Shown here in pieces: positions 1 through 9,949 of a stretch of DNA of 57,812 bases. Position 1 is the first letter of the stretch, and each line of letters starts with the position of its first letter. A program made the translations under genes and the position numbers. This stretch comes from a virus. Below the pieces are notes generated by a model that was not told the origin of the DNA, did no database searches, and saw nothing but the letters and a program-made list of their open reading frames with translations. The stretch lies in IMG/VR virus record IMGVR_UViG_3300028964_000004, one strand, 5' to 3'.

Positions 1-99
1 CAGCCAGTGCAGTAGCTATGATAGATTGACTGATCGCATTAGCCTTCTCCCATTTGGCCTGTTTCTGCTGGAGAGCCTCTTTCTTTTTCTCCAGTTCTT
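1..99. repeat. Terminal direct repeat, copy 1 of 2 (identical to 57714..57812); overlap of a circular or circularly permuted assembly
   Basis: Direct comparison shows bases 1..99 equal bases 57714..57812. The repeat lies inside one continuous minus-strand ORF and keeps its frame. Confidence 0.9.
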
Positions 100-3079
100 T
101 ATTCTTATTCGCAGTAGTTTGTTCTGCCGCTCTTTTTCTTGCTTCAGCTTCTTCTTTAGTGATGACACCAGAGTTTTCCAACTTTTCAATTCTCTCCAGT
201 TCTTTTTCGCCAGCTTCTTCATTAGCTTCCTGTTCCTCTTCCACACGTTTTATCCTGGCATCATAAATATCTGTCATAATAGAAGTAATTCCATCTTGTA
301 TCTTTGCAAATGAAGACAACACAAAGGATAATTTGCCTTTGTCATCGAGTTTGCCCCAAAAATTAAGTACACTGTCTCCTGCATCATCCATTTTTGCGGT
401 AATTTCTCCTATGATATCGCCCAGAGCATTAAATATATTGGCAGAGTCCCCCAAATATTTATTGGCAGATGAAGATAAATTGCCCAAAGAATTATTAAAA
501 TCATCCGCCCATCTTTTCCCAGGATTATTTTCATCATTATCCATGTCATTACCAAAGTCCTCAATCTGAGCCTTAATCTTATCTATTCTCCGTTGAATCT
601 CATCAACCTTCTCTTGAGGGAGGTCAGAAGATAAGGCCAGTTCTGCCTCCGCTTCTTTCAATAAAAGCTTTAACTTTGCTTCCCCAGATTCTTTAGTGAT
701 TCTATATATCCCATCCCTATACTGTTTTTCGTTTATTTCCCCTTGTTTATATTGTTTATTTAAAGCATTAATCTCCTTCAAGGAATTTGTATCCAATATA
801 TCAAGTTCCCTGTCGGTACCTTTTTTTATCAACCCTAAACGCTCTGATATATTATCTTGAATTATAGATGAAAATCTTGCATCATATTTTTTATTAATCA
901 ATTCTACATCTTCACCTCTCCTTTCCGCTTCACGGATTTCCTCTTCACGTAAGATTTCATTCATCCTTAGTAATAAATCGAGTTTATATTCAAGCTCTTT
1001 TTCCGAATTGTTTTTAATAGTATCCAGTTTTAATTCAATGCTTCGCTTTTCTAAATCTGATTCATACTCCTCCCTTTCCAAGTCATATTTTTCATTAATA
1101 TCTCTGATATTTTTATTTTTCTCTTCTTCATATTGGGATCTTAACTGATTTTCTTTGGCTGAATATCCTTTTATTTTATTGATATTCTCTTTATAAGTAT
1201 TTTCTACACTGGCAATCTCTGCTTTTCTACGATCCTCGATTAGAGCTATTCTGGTTTTAGTCAATTCACTCTCTATGTTCTTCATGTAATTTGCATATTT
1301 CTCAGCCTCCTTTTTATTAGCGTCATTGGAATCATTTACCAAAGCGTCTACGTCAATACTCTCAGACATACCTTTAAGAGCTTTATCGTAATCACTCAAA
1401 CTATCTTTTGCATTTTCCCATTGTTTTTTTGCATTTAATGTTATTGTTTTTTGTAGATCACTATTATTCTTGCTAAGTTCGTTTTCCGATCTTAAATATG
1501 AAACATAAGCATTTCTTTCTTTAACCCATGCCTTATATCTCTGGGCTGCAATTTTAGTCATTTCATCTAACTGTGCACGTGCTATCGCAGAAGCCACCAA
1601 CTCTTTTCTCAATTGCATATACGCTTCTTTAGCCTCTCCAGCTAATATACTTTCTTTCTTCATATTACCTAAATAATCAGGTGACATCTTCTGTAACGCA
1701 TTAGCTGCTGCAAGACGTTCCTTCATAGATTTATTTGTATCTTGAGTTGTTTTATAAAGAAGATCTAGCTTAGTCGTTTCTCTAGATATATCTTGAATTC
1801 CTTTTTGCCTAGCTATTAGCAATTTATTTTCATAGTCAATCAAGTCCCCTGTGATTTCTTTCGCTTTAAATAAGTTTTCTATCCAATTCATTATATCCTT
1901 TCCATACACAGATAACAATGTAATACCTACTACCAATGCTGTTTGCCAATTAAGGATAGATTTAGTTAGTTGTTTCCATACGGGAACCCCTTTCTGACCG
2001 GATTCTTGCAAAGCCTTAAACTCATCTCTTGCACGTTTTATTTCATCAGCCATTATAGGCAAGTTATTAGAGATAGCAAGAAAGAAAGTATTCCATCCTA
2101 CTGCTAATGAAGGCAACTCTCTGGCCACTTGCTGGACAGATGCGTTTAATCCATTCCAATGTGATGTATAGTTACCTACATTTCTTTGATAATTACCCAT
2201 TTGAGCGTCAATGGCCTTTAATTCATCTTTTAGTTGCTTAATCTGCTTTATTAAACCGACTCCTTGATCTCCTTGTCTTTGAGCTTCAGACAAATTTCTA
2301 AATCTATTTTCTAATTGTACTACTGCTGCGCTCATTTCATTATAGCTCCCGGATGTAGAAACCATGGCTTTTGAATGTGCATTCAGAAGAGATGTATACT
2401 GTTTATTCTGCTGTACAAGATCTCGTTCTTTAATTGTAAGATCTGATACTTTGTTCAAATATTCTTGTTGGCTTATTATACCCTTAGATAGTTCTTTTGA
2501 TAGTTCAGATAGCTCTCTCCTTATTTCATCAAGCCTGATTTTATTAGCAGACAACCTTTCATTTAGTTCTTTTGCTTTATTATCATAAGAAGTTACGGTA
2601 TTTAGAATCTCCGCATAAGCACTACTTGTCAATGAAATAGATGAACTTGCGGATTGCATGGCTTGAGCCTGCCTTTGAGTAGTTTGAGCATTATCCTTTT
2701 GAGCTTCAGATGCGATTTTTAAAGCATCAGAAGCCTTATTTATTGCACTTGTGAGAGAATCAAACTTTCCTGATAAGGATGACAATGATAAGAATTCTTT
2801 CATATTCTTATTTAGATCATTTAAAATACCCTTGTATCTACCTTGTATATCAGACAGTTTATTCTGAGTAGTAACTAATTGGTTCATTATATTAGTATAC
2901 TTCTCTGTTTTATCCGCTAATTCCTTAAGATCCCCCGGTTTTACTCTGAGACCTCCTGCCAAATCTTTGGTAAGATTCACATAAGCCTCTTTGGTTTCAT
3001 TAAATTTAGCAATCAGGCTAGTTAATTCATCAAAAGCTTTTTTATCAACAATATCCGTTATTTTAAATTCATTCGCCAT
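1..3079 (-). CDS. Tail tape measure protein, N-terminal part (ORF leaves the window at base 1 and resumes in frame at 57713)
   Basis: ATG at 3079..3077. Hand translation gives MANEFKITDIVDKKAFDELTSLIAKFNETKEAYVNL... Frames spot-checked near 600 and 1500 stay open and look coding. There is no competing long ORF in 570..3080. The protein is K/E/L/Q-rich and coiled-coil-like. The joined length is 3591 nt (1196 aa). Confidence 0.85.
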   Translation of the reverse strand, partial: MANEFKITDIVDKKAFDELTSLIAKFNETKEAYVNLTKDLAGGLRVKPGDLKELADKTEKYTNIMNQLVTTQNKLSDIQGRYKGILNDLNKNMKEFLSLSSLSGKFDSLTSAINKASDALKIASEAQKDNAQTTQRQAQAMQSASSSISLTSSAYAEILNTVTSYDNKAKELNERLSANKIRLDEIRRELSELSKELSKGIISQQEYLNKVSDLTIKERDLVQQNKQYTSLLNAHSKAMVSTSGSYNEMSAAVVQLENRFRNLSEAQRQGDQGVGLIKQIKQLKDELKAIDAQMGNYQRNVGNYTSHWNGLNASVQQVARELPSLAVGWNTFFLAISNNLPIMADEIKRARDEFKALQESGQKGVPVWKQLTKSILNWQTALVVGITLLSVYGKDIMNWIENLFKAKEITGDLIDYENKLLIARQKGIQDISRETTKLDLLYKTTQDTNKSMKERLAAANALQKMSPDYLGNMKKESILAGEAKEAYMQLRKELVASAIARAQLDEMTKIAAQRYKAWVKERNAYVSYLRSENELSKNNSDLQKTITLNAKKQWENAKDSLSDYDKALKGMSESIDVDALVNDSNDANKKEAEKYANYMKNIESELTKTRIALIEDRRKAEIASVENTYKENINKIKGYSAKENQLRSQYEEEKNKNIRDINEKYDLEREEYESDLEKRSIELKLDTIKNNSEKELEYKLDLLLRMNEILREEEIREAERRGEDVELINKKYDARFSSIIQDNISERLGLIKKGTDRELDILDTNSLKEINALNKQYKQGEINEKQYRDGIYRITKESGEAKLKLLLKEAEAELALSSDLPQEKVDEIQRRIDKIKAQIEDFGNDMDNDENNPGKRWADDFNNSLGNLSSSANKYLGDSANIFNALGDIIGEITAKMDDAGDSVLNFWGKLDDKGKLSFVLSSFAKIQDGITSIMTDIYDARIKRVEEEQEANEEAGEKELERIEKLENSGVITKEEAEARKRAAEQTTANKNKELEKKKEALQQKQAKWEKANAISQSIIATALA

Positions 3080-3131
3080 AATTTAAAATTTTGTATCGTG
3101 CCCCTTCACACGATGGTTATTACTTCTTATT

Positions 3132-3317
3132 CTAATAAAACACCAATTCAACAAACGTTCCATAGAATTCAATACCTTCCGGTAGAAAATCAAAGGTTCC
3201 GTCTTTCCTTTCGTACAGCACATACACAGAGTGATCCATCTTGGCAGCTATGCGTGCAAGGCTTCGGACTCTCTCTATATCCTGCATCCTTTTTTTATTA
3301 TCACACCAACAGCTCAC
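3132..3317 (-). CDS. Hypothetical protein, 61 aa, immediately upstream of the tape measure gene (tail-assembly-chaperone position)
   Basis: ORF track. Its start overlaps the stop of the upstream gene (ATGA). Function is guessed from position only. Confidence 0.45.
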   Translation of the reverse strand: MSCWCDNKKRMQDIERVRSLARIAAKMDHSVYVLYERKDGTFDFLPEGIEFYGTFVELVFY

Positions 3318-3838
3318 AGTATACCGAATTTTGCATAATATTCCCGTAATGCGGGATTCATAAAATGAACCATAAAATGCCCCAATGCTTCGGGCCCTAC
3401 GGCCAGTATTATACTGCCGTATTTCTTTTCAATATCATCCCCGAAAGAGACCCCGACAGATTCTATCCTCAATCCGTCATTAATGGGGATAGCAGTAATA
3501 GACGAGTAGTAGTCACCCCGAATTTTGAGGTTTGGAGTTTTCATGTCACGCGGTGGCAAGAACAGATAAGAAGGAGCCGGAGGTGTCTTTTCCATCTTCC
3601 ACTTCATATATCCTTCAGCATTATGAAACCATCTGCCGGCATCTTTCGAATTAAAAAAAGGGTCATTGAGATATGTCGGCCTTAAAGGCTTTCCACGACC
3701 ATTCACCCCTGAATACAATTGTTGCCGGATAAAGTCCTGCACCAAATCAGCATTACTCTGAATTGTGTGTTTTACAACTTTCTCAAGTCCTCCAACAAAC
3801 AGTTTAAAATTATCAGCCGCATCGCTTAATGTTGCCAT
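3314..3838 (-). CDS. Hypothetical structural-module protein, 174 aa
   Basis: ORF track. It is tightly packed in the minus-strand late operon. No motif recognised. Confidence 0.65.
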   Translation of the reverse strand: MATLSDAADNFKLFVGGLEKVVKHTIQSNADLVQDFIRQQLYSGVNGRGKPLRPTYLNDPFFNSKDAGRWFHNAEGYMKWKMEKTPPAPSYLFLPPRDMKTPNLKIRGDYYSSITAIPINDGLRIESVGVSFGDDIEKKYGSIILAVGPEALGHFMVHFMNPALREYYAKFGIL

Positions 3839-3854
3839 ATCCCATGTAATTTAA

Positions 3855-3886
3855 AAGGGGATGAACTAATAAAAATCCATCCCCTT
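3855..3886 (-). terminator. Strong hairpin between tail-module genes (possible partial terminator or processing site)
   Basis: AAGGGGATG (3855..3863) pairs perfectly with CATCCCCTT (3878..3886), leaving a 14-nt loop. On the minus strand the stem is followed by TTTTAAATT. Confidence 0.35.
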
Positions 3887-3893
3887 CACACTG

Positions 3894-4079
3894 TCAATCA
3901 ATCAGTTTACCTTTATCCGGAATCAAACCCTTAATCCGGTCGTAAATATCACCCAGTATCTTTTCCCTTTCAAATTCTTCCCTATCTAGGAAAAATAACT
4001 TTTTGTGAGTATCGATAAAGTCCTTTCGTTTCCATTTCACGACTTCATTTTCTATGAAGTTCACACCTTCTACAACCAT
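3894..4079 (-). CDS. Hypothetical protein, 61 aa
   Basis: ORF track. It fits the operon spacing. Confidence 0.5.
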   Translation of the reverse strand: MVVEGVNFIENEVVKWKRKDFIDTHKKLFFLDREEFEREKILGDIYDRIKGLIPDKGKLID

Positions 4080-4098
4080 GTTATATCCTATTTATAAG

Positions 4099-4956
4099 TT
4101 AAACGCTTGCATCATACGCCTCTTTCTGCTCAATACCGATAATGCCTTCCTTCTGGAGCTCCGATGGTTTCTTCAAAGAAGGAGTGCCTGTAGCAGTAAC
4201 GGTCAACTCACCATTAGCATAGGATACTGCTGATACGCCTCCGTCGAAAGATTTTCCGGCACTCTTGGAAAGAGCGTCCGCATAATACCCCGTAACATTA
4301 AGGCCTCCGAAGTGCTCAATCAACTTATACTTATTCTCTCCCACTTTCACCAGGTCAACAAACACAAGCCCTTTCAGTGCTTCCACTACATCAAACTTCA
4401 GGGCCATGATGTCTGCCGTCTTGATGTATTTCTCGTAATCCTTAAACATCAGGTTTACGATCAGATTAGCTTCCTGGCCGGAAGAGTCCCAATCCTGGCC
4501 GCTCGGATATACTCCCGAAAGCGGAATACCACTCAATCCCGTAGTATCACGATTCGTTCCGAACAATACATTGTCTTCATCAACAATTACCCCGTCAAAT
4601 TCCACGCCTTTTGCCATCATAAGATTGGCTTTAAGGCTGGCATCATAATTATCCAAAGTAAGCGCCGCTGTATACGCCGAATAGCCGGTGATTTTATTGC
4701 CACCATAGCCGGTTGCATTTACATTGGCTTCACCACCGGTAGGCGCAAACTCCTCAACCGTCTTTATCGGATAAATACGGTTGGGCCGGTCTGCATGACA
4801 CAGCTCTTCTAACTTATCTGCGGTCAGTCCGTTAGGGATTTTAAAACCACGTGGAATAAGGATTACCGCTTTTATCTTTCCGGGATCAAGAATACACTTC
4901 GATCTTCCGGTATTAAAGTCTTCCTGCCCCTTACATTCTCTAAATTCTATCGCCAT
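4099..4956 (-). CDS. Putative major tail protein, 285 aa
   Basis: ORF track. Size and position fit (downstream of head-completion genes, upstream of chaperone-position genes and the tape measure gene). No motif recognised. Confidence 0.5.
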   Translation of the reverse strand: MAIEFRECKGQEDFNTGRSKCILDPGKIKAVILIPRGFKIPNGLTADKLEELCHADRPNRIYPIKTVEEFAPTGGEANVNATGYGGNKITGYSAYTAALTLDNYDASLKANLMMAKGVEFDGVIVDEDNVLFGTNRDTTGLSGIPLSGVYPSGQDWDSSGQEANLIVNLMFKDYEKYIKTADIMALKFDVVEALKGLVFVDLVKVGENKYKLIEHFGGLNVTGYYADALSKSAGKSFDGGVSAVSYANGELTVTATGTPSLKKPSELQKEGIIGIEQKEAYDASV

Positions 4957-5461
4957 AACACTTCTCTTTTTTTAATGTGATCTGCAAATTCTTAATATTT
5001 ATCCCGTCGATATAATCTTTGAATGGCTTTCCGTCCGGACCCGTCACTCCTGCTTTGCCGTACCGGTAATTCTCAACATATATGTGCGGGATACTTTTTA
5101 CATAAGCCATATCAAACGCCGGCTCTTTACCGATCTCCTTGATCAATATCTCGTAAATAGGTCTGAGACATTCTGCGAATGATATACGCGAACGTTCTTC
5201 GTTGGTATATGAAGGCAATGTATTTACGACAAGGAGTATATCCAATGACATTTTCCCTTTCTCGCCGGTCCTGTCCTCTTCGATCGGAGAATAAAGGAAT
5301 ATGGCGGGATATTTTAGCTTCGCAGTATCATTTGATTTGCTCCAAACTAACAACTGGTCAGAAATGTAGCTCCAGTCTCCAAACATATACGAGATATGTT
5401 TGCCATACTCCTTTGAGACACGCTCTACTATTTCCCTGAATACATCCGTTATTACTATCAT
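4940..5461 (-). CDS. Hypothetical head-tail joining module protein, 173 aa
   Basis: ORF track. It overlaps its neighbours by a few nt, typical of late operons. Confidence 0.6.
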   Translation of the reverse strand: MIVITDVFREIVERVSKEYGKHISYMFGDWSYISDQLLVWSKSNDTAKLKYPAIFLYSPIEEDRTGEKGKMSLDILLVVNTLPSYTNEERSRISFAECLRPIYEILIKEIGKEPAFDMAYVKSIPHIYVENYRYGKAGVTGPDGKPFKDYIDGINIKNLQITLKKEKCYGDRI

Positions 5462-5961
5462 AAGCCAAACGAATTAATCTCTTCCAGCATTGAGCGGTCA
5501 AATGAAAAACCGTCATAGCTGTCATCCTTGCATAAGAAATCAAGCAAATCATTATTCATCTCAACCATTTCATTCCATGCCGGAATAAGTACCGCATTGG
5601 GATCGGCATGGTCTTCATCATCAGAACTGGTTGTGCCCACATCGCTTACATGCACATTGTTCCTTCTCACAAAGAAAAAGAACACATAATTTGCGATAGG
5701 GCTTTTACCATCCTTGGTTAGAAACTCTTTTAGCCTTTCCCATTTATCAATCTTATCTTCCCCGTCTGCCTTCAGGTAGTTTATGAATTGACGGCACATA
5801 TCCCTTCCCAACACCAATTTCAGATACTCTTTTTCATACGTATCAATGAAACTGTCAAGATAGTCCTTCATTGCAGTACGGGTAATTGAAGGAGCCCCCG
5901 TATCCACGTTCAGTCCATCTATAGATGTTGTCCCCTTAAAGTATGTACCGTCAATTATCAT
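5458..5961 (-). CDS. Hypothetical head-tail joining module protein, 167 aa
   Basis: ORF track. ATGA-type overlap with the downstream gene. Confidence 0.6.
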   Translation of the reverse strand: MIIDGTYFKGTTSIDGLNVDTGAPSITRTAMKDYLDSFIDTYEKEYLKLVLGRDMCRQFINYLKADGEDKIDKWERLKEFLTKDGKSPIANYVFFFFVRRNNVHVSDVGTTSSDDEDHADPNAVLIPAWNEMVEMNNDLLDFLCKDDSYDGFSFDRSMLEEINSFGL

Positions 5962-5964
5962 ATG

Positions 5965-6192
5965 CTACTCTTTTAATTTATTATCACCCGGTTTAACGAA
6001 CAGTTCTTCACAGCCGAGCTCTTTTGCATCCTGCATCAGGTTATTCGGCACCCGGATCTTTCCGTCCTTGAAAAACTTACTTGCAAGGGGCATATTCACA
6101 CTCGTTTTATCCCCTTTCTTAAAGAAGTTAACGTCTTTAATGAACTCAACCTCGTACTGCTTATGCAGGTCCATGTTATACTCTTTTCCCAT
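5965..6192 (-). CDS. Hypothetical protein, 75 aa, directly downstream of the capsid gene
   Basis: ORF track. Confidence 0.55.
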   Translation of the reverse strand: MGKEYNMDLHKQYEVEFIKDVNFFKKGDKTSVNMPLASKFFKDGKIRVPNNLMQDAKELGCEELFVKPGDNKLKE

Positions 6193-6210
6193 ATTTATCC
6201 AACTTTATGT

Positions 6211-7575
6211 TTAACCACCAACTGAAGGAGAAATAGCCTCCATTACTGTAGCAAATGAATCACTCACAAATGCAGTCTTATACTGCGCCTTTACATAGGC
6301 CATCAATCGTTTTTCACCGATCATGGTCACAAGGTTCTTCGTGAAGTCGTCGTTCTCCCAACCGAAAGTAATAGTTAACTGAACCAGGTCGCGAATATTC
6401 AGGTAATTGAAGTCACCGATACGGAACTTACCCTGCTCGATAGCAGTAGACGTTTCCACCGCAAGTCCTCTGATCAGTTCATCACCAGCACGGAACGGCC
6501 GCAGGTATTGTCCGTTTGCATCCTTCTCAAGCTGCATCATAGCATAATCGATTGGATTCATCAAAACAAGATTAGGACGATAATTCATCTTGCTTGTAGA
6601 AAGAATCTGTGTATATGCCGCTACAATGGCATCATACATATTAGGGGATTTTGCGACTTTGAATCCGGTAAGCGAGAATGAAGGAAGATTCTTAAATACA
6701 CCTGTAATCTGTCCGTCCGCTCCGGTACCAGAAATAATACCTTCCTCTTCTGCAATACCGATACGGTTAATGATTTCCGCTCTGATTTCTGCTACCAACT
6801 GAGGTAAATCAGTCAATGTTTCCTCTGTCAGCTTTACAGTCAACGCAACCTTACCGGCAGTAATGCTCTTTTCTGAAAGCGTTGCATCCATATTAGGTTT
6901 CAGGCCACCTTCAGGTACCCATTTGGCATCACCTTCTCCCGGCTTGAACTCAGCATAAGTCAACGAACGCGTACTGATGCTTGCCACGTTTGCGTATCTT
7001 CGAATAACTGTTTCAGCTTTCGGATCTACAGAAAGAGTAGTATCTACCGTATTGTTATAATGCGGTGCAATGTCTGTACTGGTTACTGTAGAAACAGATT
7101 TGCTGTCCAACACCAGATTAATACTCTTCTTATAGCCGGCAGATGCTTTACACGCCCCTTTCAAGTCAACTACCTTGGCACCTTTCTCAACCGTGATAAA
7201 GTCCTTCAGTTGTTCCTCAATCTGTTTATCGATGCTCTTAAGAGCAATTTCACCGTTCCCGGTCTTTTCCGTAGCGGCCTTGATCCGGATAAGGCTTTCC
7301 TCGATACTGTTGATAGTTTCATCAAACGTTTTCTTATCAACCGCACTTTCGCTATTCTCTTTCTTGAAATCGCTGATCGATTTTACCGCTTCAGTAATAG
7401 ATGTACGCAGATCCTCAATTTTCAGTTCATCGTTAAGGTAAGACTTGATCTTCTCTCCTATCTCCTTATCGATAGAATCAGCCAAGGCGCTGTCCATCTT
7501 CTCCCATACTTTTTTGTCATCCTCAGACATTCCCTTTGTGTCAATAAGGTCCAAAAATCCTAATTTCATAAGCAA
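6211..7575 (-). CDS. Major capsid protein (HK97-like, with N-terminal coiled-coil delta-type region)
   Basis: 454 aa. It lies immediately downstream of an HK97-family prohead protease and a portal gene. The N-terminal ~100 aa are charged and helical, followed by a globular domain. Confidence 0.75.
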   Translation of the reverse strand: MLMKLGFLDLIDTKGMSEDDKKVWEKMDSALADSIDKEIGEKIKSYLNDELKIEDLRTSITEAVKSISDFKKENSESAVDKKTFDETINSIEESLIRIKAATEKTGNGEIALKSIDKQIEEQLKDFITVEKGAKVVDLKGACKASAGYKKSINLVLDSKSVSTVTSTDIAPHYNNTVDTTLSVDPKAETVIRRYANVASISTRSLTYAEFKPGEGDAKWVPEGGLKPNMDATLSEKSITAGKVALTVKLTEETLTDLPQLVAEIRAEIINRIGIAEEEGIISGTGADGQITGVFKNLPSFSLTGFKVAKSPNMYDAIVAAYTQILSTSKMNYRPNLVLMNPIDYAMMQLEKDANGQYLRPFRAGDELIRGLAVETSTAIEQGKFRIGDFNYLNIRDLVQLTITFGWENDDFTKNLVTMIGEKRLMAYVKAQYKTAFVSDSFATVMEAISPSVGG

Positions 7576-8333
7576 TCCTGTTTTAGTTTTAATTTATTAA
7601 ACATGGACTTCTTACCACGTACGTCGGCTTCCTTTGCTGGCGGATTGCTTTCCGGCCTTGCAGAAGCAAGTGACATAGCTTTAGCAATGATCCTTTGTAA
7701 CTCTTGTTGTTTTATAACGTTAAGTCCTTTACATAAGACGTCGATGTCAGATACCAATTCACAATATCGGTCTTGGTAATCCTCCTCAGACTTTAACCCG
7801 AGATACTCCGTTTCACCATTCATACCGATTGAGACAGCAGAGATTTCATAAAGGACAACCTCTTTTACGATCAGGCAATCTCTTTCTTCATCCCATTCAC
7901 ATTTCTCCCACACGTATCTATATCCAATAGAGAATTGGTTCAGTGTTCCGGATTCAAGCTGTGTCAAAGCCTGGTTACCACGTTCTACATCATCAATTAC
8001 GGCTTCAAAATACAATCCCCTTTCATCCTCACGCAAAGCCGTCAACCGACCGATGGGTTCACTCATATCATGCATCCACAGAAAGATAATCTTGTCATTG
8101 GCCGCACTTTCCGGTCCCCTGTCCTGGATACTTTTTGAGAAGCATCCTTTTATAAGCATATCTCCGGCCTTGTCTATATTACCAAATATGGCAGCATACC
8201 CCGAGATCTTCCGGCTTCCGCTGTTAATTGACAGATCCTTTGTCTCAAACGAAAAGGACTTAGTTTGCTTGCCAATTCTACCTTTATATTTATTCTTCGT
8301 TTCCATAATCTCCCTTAGGTTTTTCAGGATCAA
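7566..8333 (-). CDS. Prohead maturation protease, HK97 family (S78/U35-like)
   Basis: The motif ISGYAAIFGNIDKAGDMLIKGCFSKSI and FLWMHD...PIG are typical of HK97 prohead proteases. The real start may be the internal Met (METKNKY) at 8306. Confidence 0.85.
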   Translation of the reverse strand: MILKNLREIMETKNKYKGRIGKQTKSFSFETKDLSINSGSRKISGYAAIFGNIDKAGDMLIKGCFSKSIQDRGPESAANDKIIFLWMHDMSEPIGRLTALREDERGLYFEAVIDDVERGNQALTQLESGTLNQFSIGYRYVWEKCEWDEERDCLIVKEVVLYEISAVSIGMNGETEYLGLKSEEDYQDRYCELVSDIDVLCKGLNVIKQQELQRIIAKAMSLASARPESNPPAKEADVRGKKSMFNKLKLKQDCL

Positions 8334-9609
8334 TATCTATATATTCAGCTAATACGCTTCTTCCCTCGTCTCCGGTAATAAGACCGGCCTGTTTCCCCTT
8401 AATCATGGAGTCCATTACCCGTTGCAGAACCTCCGATGATTTACTCTTATCCGCCTGCAAACATTCTACGTGTGAGAAGTCAATCTTCATAATTGTACCT
8501 TCCGGACAAACATTCTCCGTAAAAGCCTCCGCTATTATCTCTGCATTAGGTATAATCAAGTCCTGGTAACCGGCACGTTTAGCCGATTCCTGGTTCTCAA
8601 ACTTACTTTCATTAAAAAGGCTTGGGTTAAGACCGATAGCATTAGCGATCTTTTCAGTACACCTCTTATCCTCTTCATGAAGTTTCAACTGGTCAGAATT
8701 ATAATTCAAAGGAATCCATCCCAATTTAGCACGGGAGACAGCAATCTGGAACTGACTTTTCATCAACCCGTACTTCCGCTTGAATCTATCAAGAAGTGAT
8801 TCCTGTTCGGTTGAATTCAGCGAAGCGTTACCTGTCTCACTGTTATCGTTATTGTAAATGATCCCTTTGGGGCCTCCATTCGTTATCAGGGAATTACTTG
8901 CCTGCATAGAAGACATCCAGTTAGAAACAGGGATAGACAAACTGTCTACGGCCGTACCGAACGTTATCTCATCACCTTCATTGCAAGGAATATGGATATC
9001 ACTGTCGTAAATGATAAAATACTCCTCCTTGTTAAGGACCTTTTTCTCTGTCCCGCACTCAACGTACGCCTCCTTGACTATTCCGTCCAAATCTACCTGG
9101 TCCAGAGATTTCCCGGTACCGGTCAGATGGAAATGCATGGGATGGATGATCCACATCGTCCGAGGAATACCTTTCTTGAAAATACGATTGGTGTATATAG
9201 GGCAGTATCCATACGTCCGGAGAACCATTTCTATTTGAGAGAAGAAAGCGATGGAATTTTGAAGCGGATTAGGTTTCTTAAACAAGGCGGTCAGCTTCAG
9301 ATCTGTGACATCGTTACCCTCTGAGTCTGTCAGGTAAACCCTTCCGTTGGCAAACATGGCTCCCACCTTCCTTATAACGGTAGCGAACGGAGTACAATAC
9401 AACAAGGCGTTTTCTTTATCCATGGCTTGGGACATGTTAAAGTCCGTCTTCCAGATGGCACCTTTCGAATCAAAAAGATTGGTAAGATAGAATGTATCAT
9501 TACCTCTCTTCTCAACCACATTAACCTTATCGGTCATATTCATTGCCTTTTTTGAAAACCAGCTACCCATATATGCAAAAAGAGTGGATACACCCAAAGG
9601 CGTACCCAC
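8290..9609 (-). CDS. Portal protein
   Basis: 439 aa, first gene of the head operon, directly upstream of the protease and capsid genes. The start codon is uncertain because there are several early Met codons. Confidence 0.7.
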   Translation of the reverse strand: MGTPLGVSTLFAYMGSWFSKKAMNMTDKVNVVEKRGNDTFYLTNLFDSKGAIWKTDFNMSQAMDKENALLYCTPFATVIRKVGAMFANGRVYLTDSEGNDVTDLKLTALFKKPNPLQNSIAFFSQIEMVLRTYGYCPIYTNRIFKKGIPRTMWIIHPMHFHLTGTGKSLDQVDLDGIVKEAYVECGTEKKVLNKEEYFIIYDSDIHIPCNEGDEITFGTAVDSLSIPVSNWMSSMQASNSLITNGGPKGIIYNNDNSETGNASLNSTEQESLLDRFKRKYGLMKSQFQIAVSRAKLGWIPLNYNSDQLKLHEEDKRCTEKIANAIGLNPSLFNESKFENQESAKRAGYQDLIIPNAEIIAEAFTENVCPEGTIMKIDFSHVECLQADKSKSSEVLQRVMDSMIKGKQAGLITGDEGRSVLAEYIDIDPEKPKGDYGNEE

Positions 9610-9686
9610 TCCCGTTTTTATGTATTTTCGTTCTTTTATGATTTACGGTAGCATATACCTTTATATGCCGTGGATACTCTCCACTG

Positions 9687-9694
9687 CAAATATA
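9687..9694 (-). promoter_or_regulatory. Bacteroidota-type -7 promoter box TATATTTG (TAnnTTTG) upstream of the portal gene
   Basis: Plus strand reads caaatata, so the minus strand reads TATATTTG, about 78 nt upstream of the portal start. Confidence 0.45.
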
Positions 9695-9847
9695 GATAAT
9701 ATTATTGATTATTTACCTAAATCATTCTTTTTTTATCTATAGAAATTACGATTTTTATTTCATTTAACAGATTGGTTTATAATAGAATTAAGTAAGTAAA
9801 CGAACAAAAACAAGAATATTATTAACAAATTAAATGTAACTGTTACT

Positions 9848-9863
9848 TACTGAGATACTGACT
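9848..9863 (+). promoter_or_regulatory. Copy of the 16-nt motif TACTGAGATACTGACT (putative operator)
   Basis: Identical 16-mer at 36287..36302. A 13-nt core occurs in inverted orientation at 16410..16422. All three copies are intergenic. Confidence 0.4.
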
Positions 9864-9949
9864 AAAAAAAATAAAAAGGTTTGGGTCCCTTACCATCCAA
9901 GTGTGCTTAAAAACATGTTCTATTATTATCATATTTATAACAAATATGT

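Noticed and set aside
1-99. The 99-bp terminal repeat as genuine phage direct terminal repeats
   Set aside because: It lies in the middle of the tape measure ORF and preserves its frame, so it is an assembly overlap of a circular or permuted genome.
26-2588. Plus-strand ORFs 26..313, 54..266, 333..569 and 2364..2588
   Set aside because: They are antisense to the continuous tape measure ORF. Their translations are low-complexity and S/F/L-rich, typical of the reverse strand of K/E-rich coding sequence.
3132-3838. A programmed -1 frameshift tail-chaperone pair (G/GT) upstream of the tape measure gene
   Set aside because: The two ORFs are joined by an ATGA stop/start overlap, which suggests coupling. 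I did not find a slippery heptamer, and the 174-aa protein does not look like a typical chaperone.
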